Positions 1-9,744 are shown, numbered from the stretch's first letter. The stretch is DNA of 64,000 nt from an uncultured Candidatus Saccharibacteria bacterium (GCA_964481135.1 CAYZSW010000001.1:7963-71962), one strand, 5' to 3'. A program made the numbers and translations. The notes: generated by a model not told the origin, from the sequence alone.

Positions 1-483
1 CTTTTCAGAATAATCATGGCCTGATGGGATGAAGCCAACAGTTGTAATCTTATTTAAAATTTCTTTAGGAAGATTGTAATGACCGCCATTTTCTTTTAAT
101 CCAGCTTGAAAAACTTTTTTAGGCATTACTGTAACATAACTACTAACAAATTCAATAACAGGAAATGGGCTTTTTTCTGGAACAAATAGCCAGTTTGAAT
201 CTAAAGTTAAAATATTATCAGCTTTAGGTTTTTTGGTTATTAAATCATAAACTGTTTTAGAATTGCATAAAAATAAATAGCTAGGATTAATTTTACTGAT
301 TATTTCATCAGCGTTATTTTCTATTAACTGATAATTAAAATTATCTGATTTAACTGCTTTTTCTAATTGAGTAGGAACAATAAATAAACTCTCAATCTTT
401 TGTTTTTCAAGGTACAAAGCAAATGAACTTGCCTGAGCATATTCACCCATACCACTTACCAAAAATAATACTGGTTTTTTCAA
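1..483 (-). CDS. hypothetical protein, 5' part only (runs off the window). Glycine-rich N-terminal loop is reminiscent of GT-B glycosyltransferases such as MurG.
   Basis: Minus-strand reading from an ATG near 483 gives MKKPVLFLVSGMGEYAQASSFALYLEKQ..., open to the window edge. No ORF-track entry because it is truncated. Confidence 0.3.
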   Translation of the reverse strand, partial: MKKPVLFLVSGMGEYAQASSFALYLEKQKIESLFIVPTQLEKAVKSDNFNYQLIENNADEIISKINPSYLFLCNSKTVYDLITKKPKADNILTLDSNWLFVPEKSPFPVIEFVSSYVTVMPKKVFQAGLKENGGHYNLPKEILNKITTVGFIPSGHDYSEK

Positions 484-516
484 GATTAAGTCCTCCTCTT
501 AATAATATTTTACCTA

Positions 517-1533
517 TTATTTTTCCTGTCCTTCCCAAACTTTGGTTTTCTTGGTTTTATCTTTCAAATAATAAGCTGTTTGTTCTGGACTAACTACATT
601 AATAACATTGCCTGAACCCATTTCATAACCACCATAACCTGTAACTCTAGGGGCAATTTCAATATGCCAATGGTAATAATCTGAATTAGTAATAGTATTT
701 GGCGTAGTATGAAAAAAGAAATTTACAGGTGGATCATTTAAAGTTGAATCTAGCTTACCAAAAACATCTATTAGGCATTCTGAAAGACTCAGATATAAAC
801 TTTTAGTTTCATTTTCAAATTTTGAAGCATGGTTTTTTGGCAATATCCAGATCTCAAAAGGAAAACGGGCCGCATAAAATGTAAAAGCAATAAAATTTGA
901 ATTTTCAAAAATAATTCTTTTTTTAAATTTTTGTTCATGTTTAATGAGATCGCAAAAAGCACAACTTCCATTGTGTTCAAAATATTTCTCCGTATGGTGA
1001 ACTTCTTTTGAAATTAAATTGGGAATTATATTTGAGGCAAAAATTTGAGCATGTGGATGCTCAATAGATGCACCTGCCGCCTGATTGTGATTGTAAATTG
1101 GCATTGTATATGCAACATTACAATTTTCATCAAAATATTTATATCTAGCACTAAATGTAAGTAAAAGCTCATACCAGATTTGTCTAGTAAATTTTGGCAT
1201 ATCTATATCGTGATCTTTTATAACAACTACATCATGACCACCCGTAGAAGGACGAGCTCTATAAAAATCATTCTCGACTTTATAAGACCTAATAATATCT
1301 TTTGCCGCAACTTCAATAAATGCTGGGTATTTATTTTCAATAACCCAAATATTTTTTGTATCGAATCGCTTGATTCTTCTTTTGTATTCACTTTTATCAA
1401 TACAGAATGGGCAAGTGCCTTTGTTTTGAGTTTTAATAGTATCTGAAGTAATAAAATCGCTTGGTCGCTTCGCGCGCTCTGGAGCAATAACCACCCAATC
1501 ACCAGTTATTATATTTTGTCTTAGTTCAGGCAC
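517..1533 (-). CDS. galT: galactose-1-phosphate uridylyltransferase family protein (GalT-like, HIT superfamily)
   Basis: ORF 517..1617 has CPFC zinc-ligand and HPHAQIF (HxHxQ) active-site motifs in two half-domains. The likely true start is GTG at ~1533, preceded by GGAGG, giving MPELRQNIITGDWVV and an N-terminus length like E. coli GalT. The upstream extension only translates a repeat. Confidence 0.7.
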   Translation of the reverse strand: MPELRQNIITGDWVVIAPERAKRPSDFITSDTIKTQNKGTCPFCIDKSEYKRRIKRFDTKNIWVIENKYPAFIEVAAKDIIRSYKVENDFYRARPSTGGHDVVVIKDHDIDMPKFTRQIWYELLLTFSARYKYFDENCNVAYTMPIYNHNQAAGASIEHPHAQIFASNIIPNLISKEVHHTEKYFEHNGSCAFCDLIKHEQKFKKRIIFENSNFIAFTFYAARFPFEIWILPKNHASKFENETKSLYLSLSECLIDVFGKLDSTLNDPPVNFFFHTTPNTITNSDYYHWHIEIAPRVTGYGGYEMGSGNVINVVSPEQTAYYLKDKTKKTKVWEGQEK

Positions 1534-1544
1534 AATTTCCTCCA

Positions 1545-1654
1545 AAATTTCGAATTTCGAATATCGAAGTTCGAAACAATTTTCAAAAATTAAATAATTT
1601 ATTATTTGACCATTCAAATTTGTTTCGGTTTTCGGATTTCGTTTTTTCGAATTT
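1545..1654. repeat. two RPE-like repeat units between galT and ruvC
   Basis: 1545-1580 is a degenerate TTTCGAA heptamer array. 1611-1654 CATTCAAATTTGTTTCGGTTTTCGGATTTCG is ~29/31 identical to 2150-2180 inside ruvC. Confidence 0.7.
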
Positions 1655-2369
1655 AATACTTATTTGTTTGTAAGTGGGTAAGGCCTATAGCTATAGCATC
1701 TGTCGTATCGTCTTGTTTGGAAAAATGTCCGCACGGTAAATGAAACTTGACCATTTTTTGAATTTGATCTTTTGTCGCTTTACCATATCCTACCACTGCC
1801 TGTTTTACTTGTAAAGGAGTATATTCTGATACTCCTAATTTATGATTTTTTGCACAAACAATAATTACTCCACGAGCTTGTGAAACATTCATGGCAGTTT
1901 TCTGATTTTTAAACCAAAAAAGAGACTCTATTGCAAGTTCTGTAGGTTTATACTTTTTAATTAAATATTCAACTGCTTTATAAATTTCTGTTAATCTGTC
2001 TGGCAAATTTTTTCTTTTTTCTGTTTCAATTAAACCACAATCTCTTAGTTCAATCTCAAAATTCGAGTCTCGATATTCAAAACAATAATCTAAATCCAAA
2101 TTTTTTAATTTTTTAAACTGTTTTTTGTTTTTGTCATTATAATTTTGAACATTCGAATTTGTTTCGTGCTTCGGATTTCGCCCCTCGACCGACTCGGGAC
2201 GATCTGAACCTGTTGAAGATCGGGCTTTAGATTTTACTGGCTTTACAAGGATTGCCCAACCGCATCTTCCATAACCCGGATCTATTGCAAGAATGCGTTG
2301 AAGAGATGTTGAGCTATTCACCTTATTCGCTCGTTGAAGTTGTTGAAATTGTTTTTTTGTAATTTTCAT
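1653..2369 (-). CDS. ruvC: crossover junction endodeoxyribonuclease RuvC with a ~55-aa lineage-specific in-frame insertion
   Basis: N-terminal ILAIDPGYGRCGWAI and C-terminal DDTTDAIAIGLTH match RuvC. At 238 aa it is longer than the ~170-aa norm; the extra segment lies between the second beta-strand and the LPDRL helix. Confidence 0.7.
   Translation of the reverse strand: MKITKKQFQQLQRANKVNSSTSLQRILAIDPGYGRCGWAILVKPVKSKARSSTGSDRPESVEGRNPKHETNSNVQNYNDKNKKQFKKLKNLDLDYCFEYRDSNFEIELRDCGLIETEKRKNLPDRLTEIYKAVEYLIKKYKPTELAIESLFWFKNQKTAMNVSQARGVIIVCAKNHKLGVSEYTPLQVKQAVVGYGKATKDQIQKMVKFHLPCGHFSKQDDTTDAIAIGLTHLQTNKY
2150..2230. repeat. RPE-like repeat copy embedded in frame in ruvC, plus an adjacent GC-rich segment
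   Basis: CATTCGAATTTGTTTCGTGCTTCGGATTTCG followed by CCCCTCGACCGACTCGGGACGATCTGAACC, which encodes part of the RuvC extra segment. Confidence 0.7.
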
Positions 2370-2465
2370 AATTAAATTTCATTTTATTCTTAATATCTTT
2401 ACAATTTTAATAAACAAAGCGATCCAATAAGTTCAACAAACGGAGTGATTCAACATTTTCAACAT

Positions 2466-3170
2466 CTAAAGATCTGCATTTGTATAAACTTCACTAACAT
2501 CATCGAGTTCTTCTAAAGATGTAAGTAATTTAATTACACTTTCTTTTTTGTTTTCATCAAGATTTATATAACTTTTAGGACACATCTGTAATTTAGCAGA
2601 ATCAATTTTTAATGATTTGAATTCAAGTGCTTTTTTTATTTCTGACAATTTTTTAGGTTCTGTATAAACATAAATTATACCATCGTCGATTGAATAATTT
2701 TTGGCACCCGAGTCAATGATAATCATTTCTAAATCATCACCAGCAACAGTTTGACCATCTTTTTTAAATTGAACAACTCCTTCTTGGTCAAACAAATAAC
2801 TGACCGCTCCAGAACTAGCAAGTTTGCCATTATATTTATTTAAAACTGATTTAATTTCCGATAAAGATCTGTTTTTATTATCAGTTAAAACATCGATAAT
2901 TATTCCTATACCTCCAGGACCATATGACTCGTAACTCATTGAGTTTATTTCTTCACCGCCTAATTCTCCAAGACCTCTTTGAAGAGCTCTTTCAATATTT
3001 TCTTTAGGCATATTTGCTTTTTTCGCTTGTTCGATAGCCAAATCTAAATTTTTACTCTCTTTAGCGGCAATTGTTATTGCTCGAGCAAGTTTAGTAAATT
3101 GATTAGATCTTTTTGAGTCTGCAACACCTTTTTTGCGTTTAATTGTTGACCACTTACTATGTCCTGACAT
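2466..3170 (-). CDS. yebC: YebC/PmpR family DNA-binding transcriptional regulator
   Basis: MSGHSKWSTIKRKKGVADSKRSNQFTKLARAITIAAKE is the canonical YebC/TACO1 N-terminus. The gene is adjacent to ruvC, as in many bacteria. Confidence 0.85.
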   Translation of the reverse strand: MSGHSKWSTIKRKKGVADSKRSNQFTKLARAITIAAKESKNLDLAIEQAKKANMPKENIERALQRGLGELGGEEINSMSYESYGPGGIGIIIDVLTDNKNRSLSEIKSVLNKYNGKLASSGAVSYLFDQEGVVQFKKDGQTVAGDDLEMIIIDSGAKNYSIDDGIIYVYTEPKKLSEIKKALEFKSLKIDSAKLQMCPKSYINLDENKKESVIKLLTSLEELDDVSEVYTNADL

Positions 3171-3174
3171 AAAA

Positions 3175-3365
3175 TATCCTTATATATAAATTTTCTAATT
3201 GCACCCTGCCTCGACGGCAGGCGGGTAATTGACCTAATTATTCTAAATAAATTTCAATGACTTAAATCCTAATTAGACATTAGAACTCGGTTCTTGTTTA
3301 GGTTAATTAGAATAATTAGGAACTAATTAGGTTAATTAAGAGTATCTTTAGAATATATTATATTT
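3175..3365. repeat. repeated leader element (TAGGTTAATTA and AATTAG motifs plus a GC hairpin), copy A
   Basis: Shares TTAGAATAATTAGGTCAATTACC and a GC hairpin with 49120-49326. Confidence 0.5.
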
Positions 3366-4252
3366 TATTTTCGGGTTTTAGTCCAATATGATTGTCCGTC
3401 AGAAATAATTTTAATAGTTGAATTTGCATCGGTTCTTAAAATTTTACTTCCCTGTTTTGTTAAATTATCTAATAAAATTTGATGCGGGTGACCAAATCTA
3501 TTTTTATCACCTACGCAAATTATTGAAATTTCCGGATTTATAATGTTGATAAATTCTTCTAATACCCCATTTTTTGATCCATGATGTGCAACTTTGTAAA
3601 TTTCTGAATCTAATTCATCTTTAAAAAGTTCGATAATCTCTTTCTGTGCCTCATCTTCAGCGTCTCCCGAAAACAATACATCAAAATCGTAATAACTTAA
3701 TTTACCAACAATCGAAGTGTTATTCAAGTTAGTAACACTTTTATCTTTATATGACGAATTGGGCCAAAAAACTTTAAACTTGGTATGATTATCTAGGTGA
3801 ATTTCATCGCCACTTCTTACAATTTTTGTTGGGATATTTTTTTGGTTTATAATTGTTAGAAATTCTAAATAATCTTTAGATGAAGATGTTGCGTCTGTTA
3901 AAATTACTTGACCAACATCAAATCTTTTAATTACTTCTATCAGCCCACTTACATGGTCAGAATGAGGATGTGTTAATAAAATAAAATCAATTTTTCTATC
4001 ATAAAAAGGCATTGCGTTTGCTAGCTCATATATTACTTTCGAACCAGGTCCTCCGTCTATCAACATATCTATATTATTAATTGTACGAATGTATATTGAA
4101 TCTCCTTGTCCGACATCTAAAAAATAAATGTTTAAATTATTGTCCGGCTTTTCAAATACTAAAGCCCAAACCAAAATAGCAAAAATAAGTAAAAATCCTA
4201 ATATATATTTAGTAATAATATTTTTTTTATTTTTAAATTTATTTTTAATCAT
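3365..4252 (-). CDS. membrane-anchored MBL-fold metallo-hydrolase (ComEC C-terminal-domain-like)
   Basis: N-terminal TM helix, then LIDGGPGSKV, HPHSDHVSGL and AHHGSKNG metallo-beta-lactamase motifs. It overlaps the upstream ComEC membrane ORF by 8 nt. Confidence 0.7.
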   Translation of the reverse strand: MIKNKFKNKKNIITKYILGFLLIFAILVWALVFEKPDNNLNIYFLDVGQGDSIYIRTINNIDMLIDGGPGSKVIYELANAMPFYDRKIDFILLTHPHSDHVSGLIEVIKRFDVGQVILTDATSSSKDYLEFLTIINQKNIPTKIVRSGDEIHLDNHTKFKVFWPNSSYKDKSVTNLNNTSIVGKLSYYDFDVLFSGDAEDEAQKEIIELFKDELDSEIYKVAHHGSKNGVLEEFINIINPEISIICVGDKNRFGHPHQILLDNLTKQGSKILRTDANSTIKIISDGQSYWTKTRK

Positions 4253-5756
4253 ACAAATATTTTTGTTTTAATTTATATTTCTTTTGGAAAAAGTAAATAA
4301 TAAGTACTAAAATTATATAATAGAAACTAATTGCTTGCCACGATGAGAGCGCTATGTTTATTTTTGATATTTGCAACTTAGAAAATTCATTTGTTATATA
4401 TATAATATATTTTAATATAATCCAAACTAAGATTGATATACATTTTGCTATCGTGAAATTTATAAAAGAAAAAATAAGCATCAAAAAGCTCAAAGGAATT
4501 ACTATTGGTAAAGCAGGTAATATTAACAAATTTACAACAGGAGAGATAATACTTATTTGGCCAAAATTTAATATAATAATTGGCATTGTAGCAATCTGAG
4601 CTGAAAATGTAGCGGACAATATATCTCGTAATATTTTTGGAACAAAGTTTAAGTACTTATTAAATAATAAATTAAATAATGGGCTTAGATAAACAATACC
4701 AAGAACTGCTAAAAATGAGAGTTGAAAACCAATATCATAGTGCAAGATAAGTGGATTTTGTAAGACCATCAAAAAAGCAATAAAAACTAAGACATTGACA
4801 ACGCTAGCTTTTCTACCAATTTGTCTTGCAAAAAGAAAAGAACCGGCCAAAATTGAAGCCCTAACAACTGAAGACCTTAACCCAGTCAGAATACAATAAA
4901 AAGATAATCCAGCAATACCTAAAATAAAAACCATTTTTTGGGGCCATCTTTTTGTAAAAATTTGATAATATTTCACTAAAATCGCAATATGTAATCCAGA
5001 AATTGCAATAATATGGGAAGTACCGGTAGCATTAAATGCATCAAGAATATTTTGCGGGATACCTCGTCTTAAACCCAAAATTAAACCATTTAAAAATGAA
5101 GCAAATGGTTCTGGAAGCAATCTCCTAATATTATTCGCAGACCTCGCCTTTATCTTATATATATTATTTAGTAATAAATTACCTCTGTTAATATCTATTA
5201 AGCTGGCTTTTGCATTTTTGACAATATAAAAAATATTATATCTGCTTAAATAATTTTTATAGTCGAAATCTTCAAATTTTTGAGGTTCCTCTATTTCCCC
5301 CTTAAATTGGATTATGTCACCATACTTATATTGAGGATATTTTTCTAAAGTTACTAAAACATTTCTACTAATAATATTATCATTCGCCTCAATTGCATTT
5401 GTGATATTAACTTTTAATTGCGTTTTTGTCTCTTTTTCGTCTGGCTCTTCATAGATAATACCTTCTAATTCAACTTCGCTACCTAACTCAATTTTTGGCG
5501 GTGTAATTTTTATTCTAAACCAATTGTAATATAACAAGCCACTAAAAAAAATTATCCCGCACACAAAAATTATTGTTAGTTCCTTTTGATAAAACGAAAA
5601 TATTAAAAAAACAAATATTAAAATTATACTAAAGACGTAAATTACATCAGTATTATCAATTATTATATATTTACCAAAAAATATTCCTGCAATTAAAATT
5701 AATTCAAAAACAATAAATATTTGCGATTTTGTTATTTTTGATAATTGCTTAAACAT
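4245..5756 (-). CDS. comEC: ComEC/Rec2-family competence membrane channel (N-terminal and core membrane part only)
   Basis: 503-aa polytopic membrane protein with the DUF4131-like N-terminal region and the competence domain. The MBL domain is encoded by the next ORF. Confidence 0.65.
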   Translation of the reverse strand: MFKQLSKITKSQIFIVFELILIAGIFFGKYIIIDNTDVIYVFSIILIFVFLIFSFYQKELTIIFVCGIIFFSGLLYYNWFRIKITPPKIELGSEVELEGIIYEEPDEKETKTQLKVNITNAIEANDNIISRNVLVTLEKYPQYKYGDIIQFKGEIEEPQKFEDFDYKNYLSRYNIFYIVKNAKASLIDINRGNLLLNNIYKIKARSANNIRRLLPEPFASFLNGLILGLRRGIPQNILDAFNATGTSHIIAISGLHIAILVKYYQIFTKRWPQKMVFILGIAGLSFYCILTGLRSSVVRASILAGSFLFARQIGRKASVVNVLVFIAFLMVLQNPLILHYDIGFQLSFLAVLGIVYLSPLFNLLFNKYLNFVPKILRDILSATFSAQIATMPIIILNFGQISIISPVVNLLILPALPIVIPLSFLMLIFSFINFTIAKCISILVWIILKYIIYITNEFSKLQISKINIALSSWQAISFYYIILVLIIYFFQKKYKLKQKYLYD

Positions 5757-5962
5757 TGATTTTATTGTATCATATGATTGATTTTGTCAAATAAATCAAA
5801 GACATTTAATCTAGAGTAATCTCTAGAGTTAAGATCGTGCAACTTGCTACAAGCAATTCAACCAAACAATCTTGCCCAATAAAACTTTAGTAAAAAGAAA
5901 TAAAACAATATTTACGAAAAATAAAGATATTTAATCATTTATTAAAAATTAAAGAGGATTTT

Positions 5963-6451
5963 ATGAAAAAGAAAAATCAAATAAATCATAGTGACGAAGA
6001 ATTAAAAAAACTGAATATGAGAATCGAAGAACTTGAAAACGGATGGAAAAGAACTCAAGCTGATTTTGTAAATTTTCAAAAAAGAACCGAAAAAGAAAAA
6101 ATGGGTTTAATTAAATATGCAAATAAAGAATTGATTTTAGAGCTTTTACCTATCTTAGATAATTTTTCGCGTGCTTTAAATTCTACAAAAATACAAAAGT
6201 CAGACGAATTAAACACATACTCTGAAGGAATAAAACAGATAAAAGAGCAGCTCGAAAGAGTATTGCAAAATAATGGACTAAAAGAAATTCCAGTAAACAC
6301 TGGAGATGAATTTAACCCAGAAATTCATGAAGCTGTAATGACTGAGGAATCTGATAAATTTGAAACTGATAAAATAATTGAAATTATGGAGAACGGCTAC
6401 AAGCTTGGCGATGAGCTAATAAGACCTGTTAAAGTTAAAGTTGCCAAATAA
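5963..6451 (+). CDS. grpE: nucleotide exchange factor GrpE
   Basis: 162-aa coiled-coil N-terminus and GrpE C-terminal fold (ILDNFSRAL, GDEFNPEIHEAV). Lies upstream of dnaK. Confidence 0.85.
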   Translation: MKKKNQINHSDEELKKLNMRIEELENGWKRTQADFVNFQKRTEKEKMGLIKYANKELILELLPILDNFSRALNSTKIQKSDELNTYSEGIKQIKEQLERVLQNNGLKEIPVNTGDEFNPEIHEAVMTEESDKFETDKIIEIMENGYKLGDELIRPVKVKVAK

Positions 6452-6548
6452 ATCAGCCATTGAACAACAGGTCTCGCAATATTAATTAAAATAGTTAAAA
6501 AATACTATCTATTTGTATTTAGTAAATTGAAAGATTAATAAACCTTTA

Positions 6549-6689
6549 ATAAACTACCTCCCAGCAAGCTACGAGATATAAATTGAAATAATTTATACGA
6601 AGCAACCTGCCTGCCTGTCTGCTGATAAGGCAGGCAAGGCAGGGCTTCGGGGAATTCACCCACTTGTCCGCCTTTGGCGGATTAAATTT
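6549..6689 (+). promoter_or_regulatory. conserved upstream element, copy 1: ATAAACTACCTC..GCAAGCT (6549-6575) and GGAATTCACCCACTTGTCCGCCTTTGGCGGATTAAATTT (6651-6689), split by a GC-rich hairpin insert
   Basis: A near-identical ~65-nt sequence recurs at 16143-16206. Both copies end ~30 bp before a sigma70-like promoter. Confidence 0.4.
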
Positions 6690-6718
6690 ATTTTTTATAA
6701 ACACAATGTAAAGTTAAC

Positions 6719-6747
6719 TTGACATTTTTTTTACAGTATTTTATAAT
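6719..6747 (+). promoter_or_regulatory. sigma70-type promoter for dnaK (TTGACA, 17 bp, TATAAT)
   Basis: Perfect TTGACA and TATAAT hexamers with a 17-bp spacer, ~160 bp upstream of the dnaK start. Confidence 0.6.
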
Positions 6748-6904
6748 ACAATTACAAATAAAAATATTAATGATGCTAGTCTGCAAATTATACATAAATG
6801 ATCTGAACAAATGATCACAACACGGATATAAAAAATATGATTTAAATATATTCGTGGCAATCAAATAATAATTAGCAGCTTTCGCATTATATTAAGGAGT
6901 TTTT

Positions 6905-8800
6905 ATGTCTAAAGTTATTGGAATTGATTTAGGAACAACTAATTCAGTTGTAGCCGTCATGGAAGGTGGAAAGGCTAAAGTAATCCCAACTGCAGAAGGA
7001 GCTAACACTTGTCCTTCTATTGTTGCAGTTAATAAAAAAGGTGAAAGATTGGTTGGACAGGTAGCAAAAAGGCAATCTATAACAAACCCGGAAAATACAA
7101 TCTTTTCAGTTAAAAGATTTATCGGGCGAAAATTTGATGATGCTGAGTCAAAAAAAGATGAAGAACTTATGCCGTATAAGATGGTAGAGGCTAATGATGG
7201 TTCAATTAAAGTTAAAATGGGAGAAAAAGATTATACTCCACAAGAAATATCTGCTTTTATCTTACAAAAACTTAAAACTGACGCTGAAAGCTATTTAGGA
7301 GAAACGATTACCGATGCAGTTATCACAGTTCCTGCATATTTTAATGATTCTCAAAGAAAAGCTACAAAAGATGCTGGAAAAATTGCCGGACTTGAAGTTA
7401 AAAGAATTATTAATGAACCAACTGCAGCAGCACTTGCTTATGGGCTTGATAAGAAAAAAGAAGGTAAAATTGCAGTGTTCGACTTAGGTGGTGGAACATT
7501 TGATATTACAATTTTAGAAATTGGCGACGGAGTTTTTGAGGTTAAATCAACAAACGGAGACACTCACCTTGGAGGTGATGATTTTGATCAAAAAATTATG
7601 GACTATATTATTGATGAATTTAAAAAATCCGAAGCTATTGATTTAAAGAATGATAAAATGGCAATACAAAGAGTTAAAGAAGCAGCAGAAAAAGCAAAAG
7701 TAGAACTTTCAAGCGCACAAGAAACTGATATTAATTTACCATTTATTACAGCTGATGCGAATGGTCCAAAACATCTAAATATTAAATTAACTCGTCCAAA
7801 GTTGGAACAGCTTGTTGAAGATTTAGTCCAAAAAACCCGTAAACCGTGCGAAAAAGCAATTGATGATGCAAAAATTGATAAAAATGAAATTGTGGAAGTA
7901 ATACTGGTAGGCGGGATGACAAGGATGCCTTTAGTACAACAAACCGTTAAAGACATCTTTGGAAAAGAACCTTCTAAAGGAGTAAACCCTGATGAAGTCG
8001 TAGCGCTCGGTGCCGCAATTCAAGGTGGAGTTCTTTCAGGCGAAGTAAAAGATTTACTTTTACTTGATGTAACACCTTTGTCACTTGGTATTGAAACTCT
8101 TGGTGGAATTTGCACAAAATTAATTGAAAAAAATACAACAATTCCTGCAAATAAAAAACAAATTTTTTCCACAGCAGCAGATAACCAAACTTCGGTTGAA
8201 ATTCATGTTTTGCAGGGTGAAAGAGAAATGGCACAAGACAATAAAACTTTGGGTAGGTTTATGTTAGACGGAATACCTCCAGCTCCTAGAGGGGTACCGC
8301 AAATTGAAGTAAGTTTTGATATAGATGCAAACGGAATATTAAATGTTAAAGCTCAAGATAAAGCCACAGGCAAAGAACAAAAAATTACTATTACTGCATC
8401 AAGCGGACTGTCAGATGAAGAAGTTGAAAAAATGAAAAAAGATGCTGACGCACATCAAGAAGAAGATAAAAAGAAAAAAGAACAAATTGAAACTAAGAAT
8501 AAAGCTGAAAACTTAATTTATACTGCACAAAAAACTTTAAAAGATGCTGGTGATAAAGCTAATCCTGAAGACAAAAGAAAAGTTGAAGATATTATTATGC
8601 AACTGAAAAATGAAATGGAAAAAGACAATATTGAAGAAATCACGAAAAAAACTGACGAGCTTTCAACTGCAATACAAGAAATTGGAACTAAAATGTATCA
8701 ATCTGCAAATAAAGATAAAAAAGAAAACAACAAAAAAGAAAATGAATCAGAAAATAAGGAAAAAGAAAAAGAAGAAAAAAAAGATAGTGAAAAAAAATAA
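6905..8800 (+). CDS. dnaK: molecular chaperone DnaK (Hsp70)
   Basis: [18 protein letters not shown] and a GGMTRMP-type motif; 631 aa with a K/E-rich C-terminal tail. Confidence 0.97.
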   Translation: MSKVIGIDLGTTNSVVAVMEGGKAKVIPTAEGANTCPSIVAVNKKGERLVGQVAKRQSITNPENTIFSVKRFIGRKFDDAESKKDEELMPYKMVEANDGSIKVKMGEKDYTPQEISAFILQKLKTDAESYLGETITDAVITVPAYFNDSQRKATKDAGKIAGLEVKRIINEPTAAALAYGLDKKKEGKIAVFDLGGGTFDITILEIGDGVFEVKSTNGDTHLGGDDFDQKIMDYIIDEFKKSEAIDLKNDKMAIQRVKEAAEKAKVELSSAQETDINLPFITADANGPKHLNIKLTRPKLEQLVEDLVQKTRKPCEKAIDDAKIDKNEIVEVILVGGMTRMPLVQQTVKDIFGKEPSKGVNPDEVVALGAAIQGGVLSGEVKDLLLLDVTPLSLGIETLGGICTKLIEKNTTIPANKKQIFSTAADNQTSVEIHVLQGEREMAQDNKTLGRFMLDGIPPAPRGVPQIEVSFDIDANGILNVKAQDKATGKEQKITITASSGLSDEEVEKMKKDADAHQEEDKKKKEQIETKNKAENLIYTAQKTLKDAGDKANPEDKRKVEDIIMQLKNEMEKDNIEEITKKTDELSTAIQEIGTKMYQSANKDKKENNKKENESENKEKEKEEKKDSEKK

Positions 8801-8956
8801 TTCAAGAATTAACTAATATTAAATTTTGAATTGTATAAAATACTAAATTTGTGATATAGTAATAGTAGCATAAAAAATTTGCTGCTATTACTTTATTATT
8901 AGGGATTTGTTTTAATAATACTGATAAAAACCAATTAAATAATGTAGGGAGGAACT

Positions 8957-9703
8957 GTGGATAAAAAATTTTTGTTAATTGGAATTATAATAAGTTTATT
9001 TTTAATTGTTCCTGGGTGTAATAAAAAAACTGACGAACCAGAACCAATTCCAGCTGAAGAAGCAGTGATAAATCCTGATTTAAATCTAGCAGTATCTAAT
9101 TTAACTATAATTGATCCGGTAACTATTGATACTGTTACTAAACAAAATTATAATTTAGCCCAAGTAAAAGCTCAAGAATGGCAACCAGATGCTGTTTTAG
9201 TTTCCTTTTCAATTAAATTTCCTCAAAATTTAGCTGTTGGACAATCAGACGAAACATTTATTTTTGGATCAGCAAATGATACAAAAAACTGGTGGAGTTT
9301 TTCTATATCGGAAGAAACATCGCGCTACATTAGGGCAATTATTCCTAAAGAAGATTATTTAGGAGTAGATATTAAACCAATTGATAAAAAATTCTGGCAA
9401 CTAAATTATGCTCAAGCATTTCAATTGGCAGAATTAAATGGAGGACAACAATTTAGACAAACTAATCCTAATACATCAATTACGGCTACTTTACATAACA
9501 CTCAACCAAGAGAATGGTTATGGTGGGTTATTGAATACAAATCAGGTGTTAACAAATATGTAATAAAGGTTAATCCATTTGATTCCCAAGTTGTAGATGA
9601 AAGTGGCAACCCTCTTTCTGCAGGAACAACAACTCAAGATTTTAATACTAGCACAACAGATATGCAACAACCGCAAACATATCAAGGACAAACTACCTAT
9701 TAG
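8957..9703 (+). CDS. hypothetical secreted protein or lipoprotein
   Basis: GTG start after GGAGG. Signal peptide ends in VPGC (lipobox-like). No recognisable domain. Confidence 0.5.
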   Translation: MDKKFLLIGIIISLFLIVPGCNKKTDEPEPIPAEEAVINPDLNLAVSNLTIIDPVTIDTVTKQNYNLAQVKAQEWQPDAVLVSFSIKFPQNLAVGQSDETFIFGSANDTKNWWSFSISEETSRYIRAIIPKEDYLGVDIKPIDKKFWQLNYAQAFQLAELNGGQQFRQTNPNTSITATLHNTQPREWLWWVIEYKSGVNKYVIKVNPFDSQVVDESGNPLSAGTTTQDFNTSTTDMQQPQTYQGQTTY

Positions 9704-9744
9704 TTTTTTCTATAAATATTATTCGTTCTAAATTATTAAAAAAC

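Noticed and set aside
789-1502. Small antisense and overlapping ORFs 789..980, 1180..1446 and 1227..1502
   Set aside because: They lie entirely within the well-supported GalT-like gene on the opposite strand or in other frames, with low-complexity translations.
1540-1660. TTCGAA-containing repeats considered as a CRISPR array
   Set aside because: Units are 7 nt and tandem with no spacers. There are no cas genes and no 25-40-bp repeat/spacer periodicity.
2040-2240. Extra RuvC segment considered as an intein
   Set aside because: Only ~55 aa, with no Cys/Ser...His-Asn splicing termini or homing-endonuclease motifs; too short.
6451-6905. CIRCE (HrcA) or HAIR (HspR) operator upstream of dnaK
   Set aside because: No TTAGCACTC-N9-GAGTGCTAA or CTTGAGT-N7-ACTCAAG match. 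Only a CTTGAGC fragment lies within the conserved element.
7603-8234. Antisense ORFs inside dnaK (7603..7956, 7974..8234)
   Set aside because: They are contained in the highly conserved dnaK coding region, have no RBS, and are typical antisense open frames of the dnaK coding sequence.
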